A stretch of DNA of 61,899 nucleotides from a virus (Duplodnaviria > Caudoviricetes). The position numbers and the translations under genes were made by a program. Numbering within the stretch: position 1 is the first letter of the stretch; each line of letters starts with the position of its first letter. The stretch is taken from the IMG/VR virus record IMGVR_UViG_3300044703_000081, positions 1 through 61,899 of that record, one strand, 5' to 3'. Shown here one piece after another: positions 1 through 9,800 of the stretch. A model generated the notes under the pieces. It was not told where the DNA came from, did no database searches, and saw only the letters and a list, made by a program, of their open reading frames with translations.

Positions 1-54
1 CAAGCCTATGCGCTCGGAAGCGGCGTGGGGTAACGGAAGCGGCGTGACGTTGCG

Positions 55-741
55 ATGGCGGGCGACATCGACCAGACCACGATCGCGAAGGCCTATGCGC
101 GCTGGGCGCCGATCTACGATCTCGTGTTCGGCGCGGTGTTCGACGCCGGGCGCCAAGCCTCGATCGCGGCGGCCGACCGGATCGGCGGGCGCATCCTCGA
201 CGTCGGCGTCGGCACCGGCATTTCGCTTTCCGACTATTCGCGCGAAAACCGCATCGTCGGCGTCGACTATTCGGAACCGATGCTGCGCAAGGCGCATCAG
301 CGCGTGCGCGACCAACAGCTTGTACATGTGGACGCGCTCGCGGTCATGGACGCGCAGCATCTCGGCTTTCCCGACAGCTATTTCGATGTCGTGGTGGCGC
401 AATACGTTATCACCGCGGTGCCCGACCCGGAGGCGACGCTCGACGAATTCGCACGCGTGACGCGGCCGGGCGGCGAGATCATCCTGGTCAATCACCTCGG
501 CGCGGAGACGGGCCCACGGCGCGTGTTCGAGCAGGGGTTCGCACCGCTGGCGCGCCGGCTCGGCTGGCGGCCTGAATTTGCCTGGGGCCGCATCGCGCAG
601 TGGGCCGAGCGGCACGGCGGCGTGCGGGTGATCGAGCGACGCGCCATGCCGCCGCTGGGGCATTTCTCGCTGATCCGGTTCGAGCGGCTGAAGGGATTTG
701 GTAGCGGGGGCGGGCTCCCGCCGTCAGGAACCGCCGTTTGA
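55..741 (+). CDS. pmtA: Host phosphatidylethanolamine N-methyltransferase (class I SAM methyltransferase); last codons come from prophage DNA
   Basis: AYARWAPIYDLVFG N-terminus, LDVGVGTG SAM motif, VAQYVITAVPDPE; att core lies near the 3' end. Confidence 0.85.
   Translation: MAGDIDQTTIAKAYARWAPIYDLVFGAVFDAGRQASIAAADRIGGRILDVGVGTGISLSDYSRENRIVGVDYSEPMLRKAHQRVRDQQLVHVDALAVMDAQHLGFPDSYFDVVVAQYVITAVPDPEATLDEFARVTRPGGEIILVNHLGAETGPRRVFEQGFAPLARRLGWRPEFAWGRIAQWAERHGGVRVIERRAMPPLGHFSLIRFERLKGFGSGGGLPPSGTAV
698..711. repeat. Left att core TTGGTAGCGGGGGC
   Basis: Identical to 61786-61799; reverse complement of the tRNA-Met 3' end. Confidence 0.85.
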
Positions 742-837
742 CGGGGGTTTCGCCTTCTCGGCATAGGCGCTTCCACCCCCGGGAGCCACAATCCTTAGCG
801 GCTGGACTCCGGGCCCAAGCTGAGGCGCAATCGCGCC

Positions 838-1221
838 ATGGCCCACAGCATCAGTCTGCGCAAACGCCTGGAGACCGAGAAGCGCCGGCGCCGCGAGGAA
901 GCCGAGAAATTCCGCAATACCACCGATGCCATCCGGCAGGACGGCGGCGCGCTGATCGAAGCCTGGAACGCTCGAATCGCCGCCCGAATGCCGATGCTGA
1001 CCTCGCCGCTGATCGGTCCGGCGATCGCGGCCGGCTATCCGTTCCTGCGCGCCTACTGCCCGGGTTGCCAGACCGGGCGCACGGTCGACCTCCGCATCAT
1101 CGACCGGCATCCCTTCGGCGCCGTCACCAGCCTGATCCCGGCGTTGTCCTGCAAGCGCTGTCGGCCGCATGCGCCGTTCGCGAAGATCGCCGGGCTGGCG
1201 CGCATCGAGGACGGCGGCTGA
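838..1221 (+). CDS. Hypothetical zinc-ribbon protein
   Basis: CPGC...CKRC motifs; convergent with the late operon. Confidence 0.7.
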   Translation: MAHSISLRKRLETEKRRRREEAEKFRNTTDAIRQDGGALIEAWNARIAARMPMLTSPLIGPAIAAGYPFLRAYCPGCQTGRTVDLRIIDRHPFGAVTSLIPALSCKRCRPHAPFAKIAGLARIEDGG

Positions 1222-1238
1222 TCCGGCGCGCAGACAAC

Positions 1239-1267
1239 AAAAAAAGCCCCCGGCCGAAGCCGGGGGC
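1239..1267 (-). terminator. Intrinsic terminator of the late/lysis transcript (also the sRNA 3' end)
   Basis: GCCCCCGGC-4nt-GCCGGGGGC followed by T7 on the minus strand. Confidence 0.85.
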
Positions 1268-1302
1268 AAAGTACAGGAGGAAACGCCCAAGGAGGGCACC
1301 AC
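1239..1302 (-). ncRNA. suhB/MmgR (alpha-r8)-like small RNA
   Basis: Minus strand TGCCCTCCTTGGGCGTTTCCTCCTGTACTTT followed by a GC hairpin and T7; resembles the family core CCCUCCUUGGGYGUUUCCUCC. Confidence 0.7.
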
Positions 1303-1356
1303 GCCACCATGGCAGCGGCGTGGTCTCGGACGGCGGCGCGCAGCCGCCGAAACTCA

Positions 1357-1653
1357 TCAGTTGTGCTCGGGGGTCATGTTCTCTTCCGCTTCGGCCAGAT
1401 AGCGGCGGCGTGGGAAGGTCTTGCGTTGCGGCGGCGCATCGCCATCGCGCAACGCATTGCGAAGATGGATCCGCCAGATCTCGTTGCTGAGCTCCTCGAA
1501 GCGGTCATCGTCCTCGCGGTTGTGCAGCGAGATCACCCTGTAGAACAGACGATGTGTCTTCGCAAACTGCTCCCGCACGAACCAAGTCAGCCAGGCGGTA
1601 ATGAGGACGGCACTCACCACGATCGAGACGAGTTGGATCGTCACGTGCTCCAT
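1357..1653 (-). CDS. Single-TM membrane protein of the lysis module
   Basis: N-terminal hydrophobic helix (IQLVSIVVSAVLITAWLTWFV); position after the spanins. Confidence 0.6.
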   Translation of the reverse strand: MEHVTIQLVSIVVSAVLITAWLTWFVREQFAKTHRLFYRVISLHNREDDDRFEELSNEIWRIHLRNALRDGDAPPQRKTFPRRRYLAEAEENMTPEHN

Positions 1654-1685
1654 TTCGGTTTGACCCTCTGCTTCGCGGTTGATCG

Positions 1686-2204
1686 TCAGCAGGAACGTCC
1701 CCAGAAGAAGCACCACCCACTGCGCGGGGCTGGCACCACCACCCGCGGCGGGCCCGATGGCTCCAGCAGGTCGTCATCGTCCGGAGAGGATGCCGGTGCC
1801 GGCGCGGGTACGCTGGCCGGCTCCGCAACGGCGGCAGTGGGATCGTGCGGCGGTGCCGGCGCGGCAGCGACCGGAGCCGCATGCACCGCGCGTTGCACCT
1901 TCGCCTTGACCCGCGCGCCCAGCGACGGCTTCGGCTTCACCACCTTCGAGCTCACGGCCTTGCCGGCGTCGAACTCCGGCGGCCGCGGCTGTGGCGCGGG
2001 CCACCCACAGCCACCGGCGCCGGCGGCGATGTTGCCATCGATCCAGTCCTGGTCGTATTGCTTCTTTCCGAGCACCACATAGGGCGGCGGCTCGAACACG
2101 CGGCATTCACCCCCCTTCACACTTGAGGGTAGATTGGTCCCAGCGCAGCCCGCGAGCGCGGCAGTCATTGAAAGCGCTGCGATACTTCTTAGCCTTCGCA
2201 ACAG
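1686..2204 (-). CDS. Outer-membrane spanin-like lipoprotein (Rz1-like); start uncertain
   Basis: Lipobox LAGC after a basic/hydrophobic leader; Pro-rich; overlaps the upstream gene in another frame. Confidence 0.6.
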   Translation of the reverse strand: MLRRLRSIAALSMTAALAGCAGTNLPSSVKGGECRVFEPPPYVVLGKKQYDQDWIDGNIAAGAGGCGWPAPQPRPPEFDAGKAVSSKVVKPKPSLGARVKAKVQRAVHAAPVAAAPAPPHDPTAAVAEPASVPAPAPASSPDDDDLLEPSGPPRVVVPAPRSGWCFFWGRSC

Positions 2205-2385
2205 CCTTGACGTCTTGCGCAGCAATGTTCGCGATCGCTTTGTCATACCCATTGCTCCAGATGTGGTGATAGACGATGCCGCCGGCACTCAGCAGCGTCA
2301 CCGCCAGGCTTCCGACGACGATCAGCTTGGTGAGCAGCCCCGCGGTGCCGAACATCGCGAGCCCGCCTCTGAGCAACAGCATCAT
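2107..2385 (-). CDS. Inner-membrane spanin-like protein (Rz-like)
   Basis: N-terminal TM then helical Ala/Lys region with two Cys; ATGA overlap with the endolysin. Confidence 0.6.
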   Translation of the reverse strand: MMLLLRGGLAMFGTAGLLTKLIVVGSLAVTLLSAGGIVYHHIWSNGYDKAIANIAAQDVKAVAKAKKYRSAFNDCRARGLRWDQSTLKCEGG

Positions 2386-3740
2386 TTGCGGGCTCCCGAT
2401 TGCACCTGTGCAGTGATCTGCGCCTTTGCCCTGTGCACCTGCCAGGCGACGGCGCCGAGACCGGCCGCACCGAGCAGGATCCAGAACGACGTCGGCACCG
2501 CGCTGACATAGCCCCACACCGTGCTCACGATGCCGCTGTCGGTGTCGGGCAGATCGTCCTTGTGATCGGTGAAGAAGTCCCAGGCCTGGCTGGCGTAGCC
2601 GCTGATCGCGTTCCAGATCGACGCCATGAACGTGAGAAACGATGCCCACGCCGTCGCCAGGAAGCCGCGGTTGACCGGCTTGATCTCCGGCGCCACCTCC
2701 GCGACGGTTTCCGGATCGGCGCTGGCGCGCGCCGCCGACACCGGGCGCTTGAAGCCTTCGGCCTCGGCCCGCGACAGTTCCGCCTTGATGTCGGCGCGCA
2801 TCGACTGAAACATTTCGAGCGAGGTCGGGCCCGGCAGCGACGTCGGACGATCGTTAAGGAAGCCCCCGATCGCTTCCGCCGTCATGCCGCCCCAATCGCC
2901 CTCGAGTCGGCCGGGGTTGTAATTCATCGCCTTGAGGCGATGCTGCACCGAGAGGATTTCGGGATCGCCCTTGGCCTCGACCTCGGCCGGCAGTGCCGGA
3001 GCCGGCGCTTCGCTATCCGCCGCCGGCGCGGCGGCCGCGTCGTCGTCGTCGTGCGCGATCGCCGCATCCGGGTCCGCGTCGTCGGCGGTCTCCGAGTCGG
3101 ACAGCAAGCCGACCGGCCGCTCCAGCAGCGCGGCCTTCCATTTCGCCAGCCAGGCTTTGCGTTCCGCCAACCCGATCGTGCCGCCGTTCACGCGCCGCGT
3201 GACGAGGCGGACATCGTCGGCGTCGCACGCCGACAGGCAATTGAGCTTCTTGAATTCCGCCGCGGCAATCTCCAAGGCATGGCGCGGATCAAATGCCAAA
3301 TCGGGATTGCCAACCAGGTCGAGCCCGGTGCGCTTCGCCATGTCGGCATAGGATTCGCGGCCGGTGATCTGCAGCAGGCCGCGACCGCGATAGGTGTAGC
3401 CGTCATCGGTCCCGGCCTTGTTGCCCATGCGGCCGTTGTAGACCTTCGACGCCAGCTTCTTCGGGTTGCGCACATAGGCGGCCGCGCTCGCGGCGGTGAA
3501 ACGAGACGGCCATACAGCGGCGATCCGGGCGGCGGTCGTGTAATTCATATTTTCGGCGGTGATCGTCCCGCCGCTGCTTTCGTGGCTGATCTGCGCCATG
3601 AAATGGGCGAGCCGCAGCGGCGTGGTGATGCCGTAGCGCGCGAATATCGCATCTGACGTCTCGATCATCTTGCCGATCAATGGCGCCGGCGCGCGCGGCC
3701 ACAGCCGCCGCAAGTTCGAGGCGAACGACGATTGAGTCAT
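2382..3740 (-). CDS. Endolysin: GH19 glycosidase, peptidoglycan-binding domain and C-terminal TM helices
   Basis: HFMAQISHES, YRGRGLLQITGRESY, RRVNGG motifs. Confidence 0.9.
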   Translation of the reverse strand: MTQSSFASNLRRLWPRAPAPLIGKMIETSDAIFARYGITTPLRLAHFMAQISHESSGGTITAENMNYTTAARIAAVWPSRFTAASAAAYVRNPKKLASKVYNGRMGNKAGTDDGYTYRGRGLLQITGRESYADMAKRTGLDLVGNPDLAFDPRHALEIAAAEFKKLNCLSACDADDVRLVTRRVNGGTIGLAERKAWLAKWKAALLERPVGLLSDSETADDADPDAAIAHDDDDAAAAPAADSEAPAPALPAEVEAKGDPEILSVQHRLKAMNYNPGRLEGDWGGMTAEAIGGFLNDRPTSLPGPTSLEMFQSMRADIKAELSRAEAEGFKRPVSAARASADPETVAEVAPEIKPVNRGFLATAWASFLTFMASIWNAISGYASQAWDFFTDHKDDLPDTDSGIVSTVWGYVSAVPTSFWILLGAAGLGAVAWQVHRAKAQITAQVQSGARK

Positions 3741-3781
3741 CGGGCAATTCCTGTTTCAGATCGCGAAGCGAAGCGCGCTGC

Positions 3782-3904
3782 TCACCGCAGCGCGAAATAG
3801 ACGATGATGCCGATCAGGATCAGCCACAGCACCACTCCCGTGATGGCGCCATAGAAAATCCCTCCGAAGCCCATCTTTTCGGAAAGCCTGCTGAAGGTAC
3901 CCAT
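3782..3904 (-). CDS. 40-aa membrane peptide (holin/antiholin candidate), not in the ORF track
   Basis: GGAG RBS; MGTFSRLSEKMGFGGIFYGAITGVVLWLILIGIIVYFALR. Confidence 0.6.
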   Translation of the reverse strand: MGTFSRLSEKMGFGGIFYGAITGVVLWLILIGIIVYFALR

Positions 3905-3922
3905 GGTGTCTCCTTTACGATT

Positions 3923-4240
3923 TCACGCCGGCCCATCCGGGGCGCGACCGAGCAGGCACAACAGCGCTGCGGCGAGGCTCACGATGGCGACTACAGCGCC
4001 GATGGCGCCCGCTTGCTCGGGATCGTGCAGCCCGCCCCATGCCGTGACGACACAGACGACAGCGCCCACAAGAGCGCCGATCGGAAACCAGGAGCCGTCA
4101 CGCTGCCCGTCCGCCAATATCTCGGAACGGCGCCAGAACCCGCCATCACGATCGGTCTTGACGAGCAGCAGCTTCGCGCTCCAGGCGCACACGAACACGA
4201 GGAGCAGCAATGCGATGATGATGGTGGACCTATCGAACAT
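3923..4240 (-). CDS. Three-TM membrane protein, holin candidate
   Basis: Three hydrophobic segments, upstream of the endolysin. Confidence 0.55.
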   Translation of the reverse strand: MFDRSTIIIALLLLVFVCAWSAKLLLVKTDRDGGFWRRSEILADGQRDGSWFPIGALVGAVVCVVTAWGGLHDPEQAGAIGAVVAIVSLAAALLCLLGRAPDGPA

Positions 4241-4469
4241 GGCCCGCCCCTCGCTCGATCCCGCAATCTTGCTCGATCTTTTCGACCCGCTCTGTCGACA
4301 GCGAGTAATAGACCGCCCACGAGATACGCTCACCGGGCGTCATCTTGCGCAGGGCGTCGCAGTCGATCGTTGTGAGCGGCGGCGGGACCGGGATTTGTCC
4401 GGCCGCAATGGCCGCGCCGGCGTTGAGCCCAACCCAGAACGCCAGCGTCGCAATAACGATCCGCGTCAT
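4230..4469 (-). CDS. Small secreted hypothetical protein
   Basis: Signal peptide MTRIVIATLAFWVGLNAGAAIA; two Cys; coupled to neighbours. Confidence 0.55.
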   Translation of the reverse strand: MTRIVIATLAFWVGLNAGAAIAAGQIPVPPPLTTIDCDALRKMTPGERISWAVYYSLSTERVEKIEQDCGIERGAGHVR

Positions 4470-5104
4470 GGCTGCACGAAGGCGTAGACCCGCCGCCGCG
4501 CATACACCGCTTCCGCCACCCGGCCGTTGTGATTGCCCGACAGGATGATCGGGTTGCCGTTGGCGTCGATGCCGCTGACGATGCCGACATGGCCGCCGCG
4601 GCGGCCACGCGACAGCACCGCATAGGCGCCGATCGCCGGGCCCGACAGCCGCGCACCGTAGGACGCAAACGACGCCGCCATGCGCGAGCCGGTGCCGCGG
4701 GCGCCGACCTGGTACTCGATGAAGTTGGCGAAATCCGCGCACCACAGCCGCCGCGGCAACCCGAGCTGCCGCGCATTCATCCCGAGATACTGCCGCGCCA
4801 CCGCGACCCGGCCGCTGCCGAGCATCGCCAGTGGCCACCCCACCGGAACCGGCCGGGCTTTGCCAGGATGATGCACGCGACCGCGGCGACGATCAGAGTG
4901 AACAGCGCGCCGCGCGCGATGAAGACCCCTCCGCGCGCCGCGCGATTTCACCGCCTTGCGCCGTGGCACGACCGGATCGGCAAGCCAGAACGGCAACGGG
5001 ATCGCGCTCGTCTGTTCCTGCGGCTGCGTAGGCCTGCCGGCGGCAGCGGTGTTCGCGCTCACGATGATGAACGCAGCGGCGATCGCCGCGAGAAATGCGC
5101 GCAT
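4466..5104 (-). CDS. Secreted CHAP/NlpC-like cysteine peptidoglycan hydrolase (TIGR02594-like)
   Basis: Signal peptide; WCADFAN, GHVGIV and SGNHN motifs. Confidence 0.75.
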   Translation of the reverse strand: MRAFLAAIAAAFIIVSANTAAAGRPTQPQEQTSAIPLPFWLADPVVPRRKAVKSRGARRGLHRARRAVHSDRRRGRVHHPGKARPVPVGWPLAMLGSGRVAVARQYLGMNARQLGLPRRLWCADFANFIEYQVGARGTGSRMAASFASYGARLSGPAIGAYAVLSRGRRGGHVGIVSGIDANGNPIILSGNHNGRVAEAVYARRRVYAFVQP

Positions 5105-5135
5105 GATAACCCCCCGTTTTCAGTGCTGAGAGCCG

Positions 5136-6158
5136 TTATCGGCTGTCGCTGGCGCCCTGCGGCCGCTTCAAGCCGACGTCGCAGACATAGCCGAGCCGTT
5201 TGTCGAAGCGATGCGTGACCTCCTCGATCACGTAGCTGCCGTCGATCCCGGGCCGCGTGCCGGCCACCACCAGCGTGCCCTCGGGCTTGGCGGCGGCATC
5301 GCCGACGATCACCACCGTGCCGGCGCCGGCATTGCGCTCGCTCGCCGCCTTGCCGCCGTCGGCGTTCTGATCGGCCTGGTCCTCATCGGCGGTCTGGTAG
5401 CGCATCGTGCGCTCGGCCTCGGCCGTGGTGCCGTCGATCGCCTTGTTCTTGATCTTCCACTTCGCGGATTTGGGATCGTAGTAGCGCACGCGCACCTTTT
5501 TGAACTGCGGGCGGCCGATGTCCGGCGCGATCGACCAGTCCAGCAGGTTGTCGCCCGCCACCGCCCGCACCGTGCCGAGCGTGAGCCCGCCGGCGGAGAG
5601 CCCGGCATTGCGCTGCACGAACAGCGCGGTATTGCCGGCGATCTTGAAGGTGGCGCCGAGCTCGCGCGCCAGGCGCTGGCCCCAATGCGCGAAGCTCTCG
5701 TTGTCCAGCGACCAGTATTTGCGGGTGACGGACGCAAGCGCGCCTGACACCTGCACGCCCAAGCCCGCGAGCGCGCCGAATTCCCTGGCCGCGTCCCCGA
5801 ACGTCTTGTCATCGAGATGCTTCTCGAAGTTCTGCTTGGCCATCGACTTCGGCCGCGCGCTCTTGCCCTTGATGCAGAGGTCGCGGCCGCCCTGCTTGGA
5901 GCCCTTCGACGTCACCCCGTCGACGAAGCCGGTGAACACCAGGCCGACTTCGCCGTCATGGCCGAGCAGCACGGTGATCGGATCGTCCTTGCGCGGCATC
6001 AGCACCGAGCCGTCCGGATCGGCCAGCGTGATCTCGCAACTGTCGGATTCGACGCCATCGCGATCGCTGACGGAGATCGATTTCAGCAGCGGATTGAGCG
6101 CCGAGGACACGTCGCGCCCCGACACCGTGACGCGGAAAGCCGCCTGCCGGAACGCCAT
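5136..6158 (-). CDS. P2 gpD-like baseplate hub / late control D protein
   Basis: SISVSDRDGVESDSCEITLAD motif; synteny after X and U. Confidence 0.88.
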   Translation of the reverse strand: MAFRQAAFRVTVSGRDVSSALNPLLKSISVSDRDGVESDSCEITLADPDGSVLMPRKDDPITVLLGHDGEVGLVFTGFVDGVTSKGSKQGGRDLCIKGKSARPKSMAKQNFEKHLDDKTFGDAAREFGALAGLGVQVSGALASVTRKYWSLDNESFAHWGQRLARELGATFKIAGNTALFVQRNAGLSAGGLTLGTVRAVAGDNLLDWSIAPDIGRPQFKKVRVRYYDPKSAKWKIKNKAIDGTTAEAERTMRYQTADEDQADQNADGGKAASERNAGAGTVVIVGDAAAKPEGTLVVAGTRPGIDGSYVIEEVTHRFDKRLGYVCDVGLKRPQGASDSR

Positions 6159-6159
6159 C

Positions 6160-6381
6160 TCAATCCCACAGATTGACCAGCGGCCGCTCGACCAGCGCGC
6201 GCGGCGGGTCGATCGGCAGCGTCAGCCGCAGCCCCACCGGCAGCAGCACATGCGCCGACAGGCCCGGATTGCTGTCGAGCACCCGCTCGACCAGTCCCGG
6301 CATGCGGCGGCGGAAGCGACGCCACACGATCCGCGTCACCGTCAACCCTTCGCTGCCGACCGTGAAGGTTTCGCTGTTCAT
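6160..6381 (-). CDS. Tail protein X (LysM-like)
   Basis: VERVLDSNPGL...LPVG..LTLP...VNLWD. Confidence 0.88.
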   Translation of the reverse strand: MNSETFTVGSEGLTVTRIVWRRFRRRMPGLVERVLDSNPGLSAHVLLPVGLRLTLPIDPPRALVERPLVNLWD

Positions 6382-6800
6382 CGCAGCAGCCCGCCGATGA
6401 TGTCGATCAGCGCACCGGCGCCCGGCGCCGTCGCCACCTTCATGTCCAGGCAATAGGTGATTTCGCGGCCGATGCCGGTGAAGCCGAGCGTCTCGCTCTC
6501 CTCCGAGATCTTCTCGAGCGCGACCCAGCCCATCGGCGTGCCATCGCCGCGCATCAGGTGCTGCGGCACGCCCGCGCGCACCATGCTGCGCAGCGCCGCC
6601 AGCTCCGCCAGGCCGCCGAAGTGCTCCGGGAACACGCAGCCCTTCAGGCTGTAGCCGCGCTCGCCTTCGCCCATGTTCTCGTACAGCGGCGGCCCGCCCA
6701 CCACCTCGTGCTCGGCGAACGGATGCCGGGTCTCGGCGCTCACCTTGTCGGTATTCAGCGGCACCAGCTGGAAGACGACAGGACCCAAACAATAAAGCAT
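6378..6800 (-). CDS. P2 gpU-like tail protein
   Basis: LGPVVF, FAEHEVVG, LMRGDG; follows the tape measure. Confidence 0.85.
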   Translation of the reverse strand: MLYCLGPVVFQLVPLNTDKVSAETRHPFAEHEVVGGPPLYENMGEGERGYSLKGCVFPEHFGGLAELAALRSMVRAGVPQHLMRGDGTPMGWVALEKISEESETLGFTGIGREITYCLDMKVATAPGAGALIDIIGGLLR

Positions 6801-9800
6801 TTAAACCTCGACCCCGTAATCCGCGAACGCGCCGCGCAGCCCGGATTCTATGCGCTCGTTGAGCTGCGCCGAGACCTGTTGCGCCAGCGCACCGACGTCG
6901 TTGATCCCGTGCATGTGGTTGTTGATGGTGGTCGAGCCGTTCATATGGAAATCGCCGCGGCCACCGCCGCCGGCACCGGCCGGCAGCGTCGGCAGCACCA
7001 CGCCGTCGCTTTCCGGCGAGAAGTATTCCTGGCGGAATTCGTTGACCCGATAGATGTCGCCGGCCGACACGCTGCCGCCTTGCCCGCGCTCGCCCTCCAC
7101 GGGCAGCTTCTCGAACGGCTTCACCCCATGCGACAGGTTGCGCAGCGCTTCGGCCGCGCCGCCGCCGGCACCTGGCTCGCCCGCGCGATCGAGCCAAGGC
7201 TTCTTGCCGCTCCACTCCCAATGACCGAAATCGGGATCGCGCCAGTCGCCGCCCGAGGTCATGCCCCAACGCCGCTCGGCGTCGCGCAGTGCACCGGCAT
7301 TGCTGTTGGCCCAGGTGCGAAAGCCTCGACCGACCACGTTGCGCGCCGCCTGGTTGATGTCGATGGCGTTGCCGAAGGCATGTTGGCTCCATCGCCCGCT
7401 GCCGGCGATGTTGCGATGCGCGTAGGAGCCGACCGAGGTGATCGGCGCGCCCTGCGACTCCAGCTCGTTGAGGAAACCCTGGATCGCCGGGGCGGATTCG
7501 CGATTGACCGTGAGCCGGCGGCCGCCCGCCGTCGACACCGTGACCAGGTTTTGCCCTGGGCCGCCGTACTGCCCGTGCATGAAATTGGCGCGGCCGCGGT
7601 TGGCGGCATTGCGCATCAGGCCGCCGAGCGACGGCAGGGCGGCAGGGCCGCCGGCCGGTGGCAATGAGGCGACGCGCGGGCCGCCGCTGCCACCACCACC
7701 GCTGCTGCTGGCACCACCGCCGCTCGCTGCATCGACAGAAGCCGCCGCGCGCGGAATGCCGCCGAAGCGGCCGCCGCCGCCGCCAAGACCACCAGCACCA
7801 TCGGACGGCGAGTAGCTGGCACGCTGCAATGCGCCATCACCACCGACCCCAGGCGGGATCTGAGGGGCCGCCGTGAAGTTCATCAGCGACTTGAGCCGCC
7901 TGATGAACTGCTCGACGACGCCAAGCGCCTTGTCGCTCTCGACCTGCAACGGTGCGGCAATCTGCGGCGACGGCAGCGGCACGCCGGTAATGGTCTTGAG
8001 TTCTTCGATGCGGGCGTGAATGCGGGACGGCAGGTCGGGCGAGAGCAGATCGAGCGGCAGCGTACCGCCAGGCTTGCTCGGCACCACTTCGAATTTCATC
8101 GCCTCGCGGTTGCGCATGAACGGCGAGGGACTTGGCAACGTCCCCGCGTTGCGAAACGATTGCGACGACTTCCCGAACGTGAAGTCGGTCTGCGGATACT
8201 GGTAGAGCTTCGACGCGAGCGGGCCCTTGCCCTTTTTGGCGTCGTCCTTGGCCTGCTGAATCAACTCCTCGCGCAGGGCTGCGCCAGCGGCGTGCCAGCC
8301 GAGCACGCCAGCGGCACCGCCGAGCACGCTCATCACACCGCCGAGCGTCGTCGCACCGAGAGCTGTCGCCCCTGCCCCGACTGCAGCGGTTGCGCCACCG
8401 GCCACCGCAACGCCGGCCGGGGCGGTGACCTCTCCGAAAACCTTGCTCTCTTTGACCTTGGCGGCGATCCGCGCCAGTGCGTCCGCGACGGTGTTGAGTG
8501 CGGCCGCCGCCCGCTCGCTGTAGGGTTCGAGCGCGTTCTGCACGACGTTGATAAGTTGCTCCATCACGCCATGGGCGGCGATGAAGGGGTCCTTCTCGCG
8601 CAGCCCCTCGGCCACCTCGAGCCCTTTGGTACGGTTCAACATCGCCAGGTCTTTTGCGATCACCTGCTGATTGACCAGCAAGCTCGTGAAGAATTCGGCC
8701 GCGTTGCGGTTGCCGAACATCTTCTGGACGACGCTGACGAACTCCTCCCTTTCCTTCTCGGTCGCGTCGGGACCGATCTTGACGCCCTGCGCAGCCAGCG
8801 CCGGCTGCATCACGTCGCGCGCCCAGAGGAACGGATTGGAGATCAGGAGGTCTTCCTCCTTGATCTTATCGAGATAGCGTTTGCGCCCTTCCCAATGGAC
8901 TTTCTCGGCCAGGCCGAACTTCACCATTTGGTCGACAGAGCGCGGCAGCGAGCGCAAGCCCACCAGCGAGCCGAACGCGGTCGCCTGCATCGTGCCGAAT
9001 TTTGCCGCCCCTTCGTGCTGCATCATCGTCGGTGCGACGGTCGCCAAATACCCCTCGCTGAGACCGTATTTCGACGCCTTCGAGGTCTGCAGATATTGCC
9101 GGAAGTCCTCGCCCTGCAGATCCGGGAACAACTGCTTCGCCTTCAAAAAGGCGTTCACCAGCGTCGTGAATTTGACCGGATCGCCGCCGACGATCGTTTC
9201 GAGACCGAGCACCAGCCGTTCCAGATCATGCCCGGCGTGCTCGCTGCCCTTGCCGAGATTTCCCAGCACCACTTGCGCCTTGACGAGAGTCTCGACGTTC
9301 TCCATCGCATGGTGGAAGTCGCCGAACCGGGCCCTCAACTGGCGAATGTGCTCCATTACGTCGAGCTGCCCCAGCGACGGATACTTCGCTGAGAGTTCGC
9401 GGGCCTTCACCGCCGCAATCGCCTGCTCTTGCGCGGTCATGCCGGCAAGCCACTGTCGCGTCTGTTCCCGCGGCAGTTCGGCGGCGCTCTTGATGCCCCG
9501 CCGCGCCACGTATCCGGCGCCGTAAACGCCGCCGCCGATGCCGGCAACAATGCCGGTATTTTTGACGATGCGCCCCATCGTCCGGCCGACGCCGAGACCT
9601 GAGAGTTCGTGCTTGGTCTTGGACGCCTGCGCGTTGACTGCGGTCAGCGCCGCAATGGTCTCGTTGCGCCAGTGCTGCACGGCATTGGTGCGGAACGCTT
9701 CGTCGAAGGTGCCGGCCTTCAGCTGGCTCTGCAGCCGTTGCCACGATGACCTGACCTGGTCGATGTCGCGCGCACCGAGCTTGAGTCGGCCGAGCATGCG

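Noticed and set aside
760-837. SOS (LexA) control of the zinc-ribbon gene
   Set aside because: No alphaproteobacterial GTTC-N7-GTTC box visible upstream.
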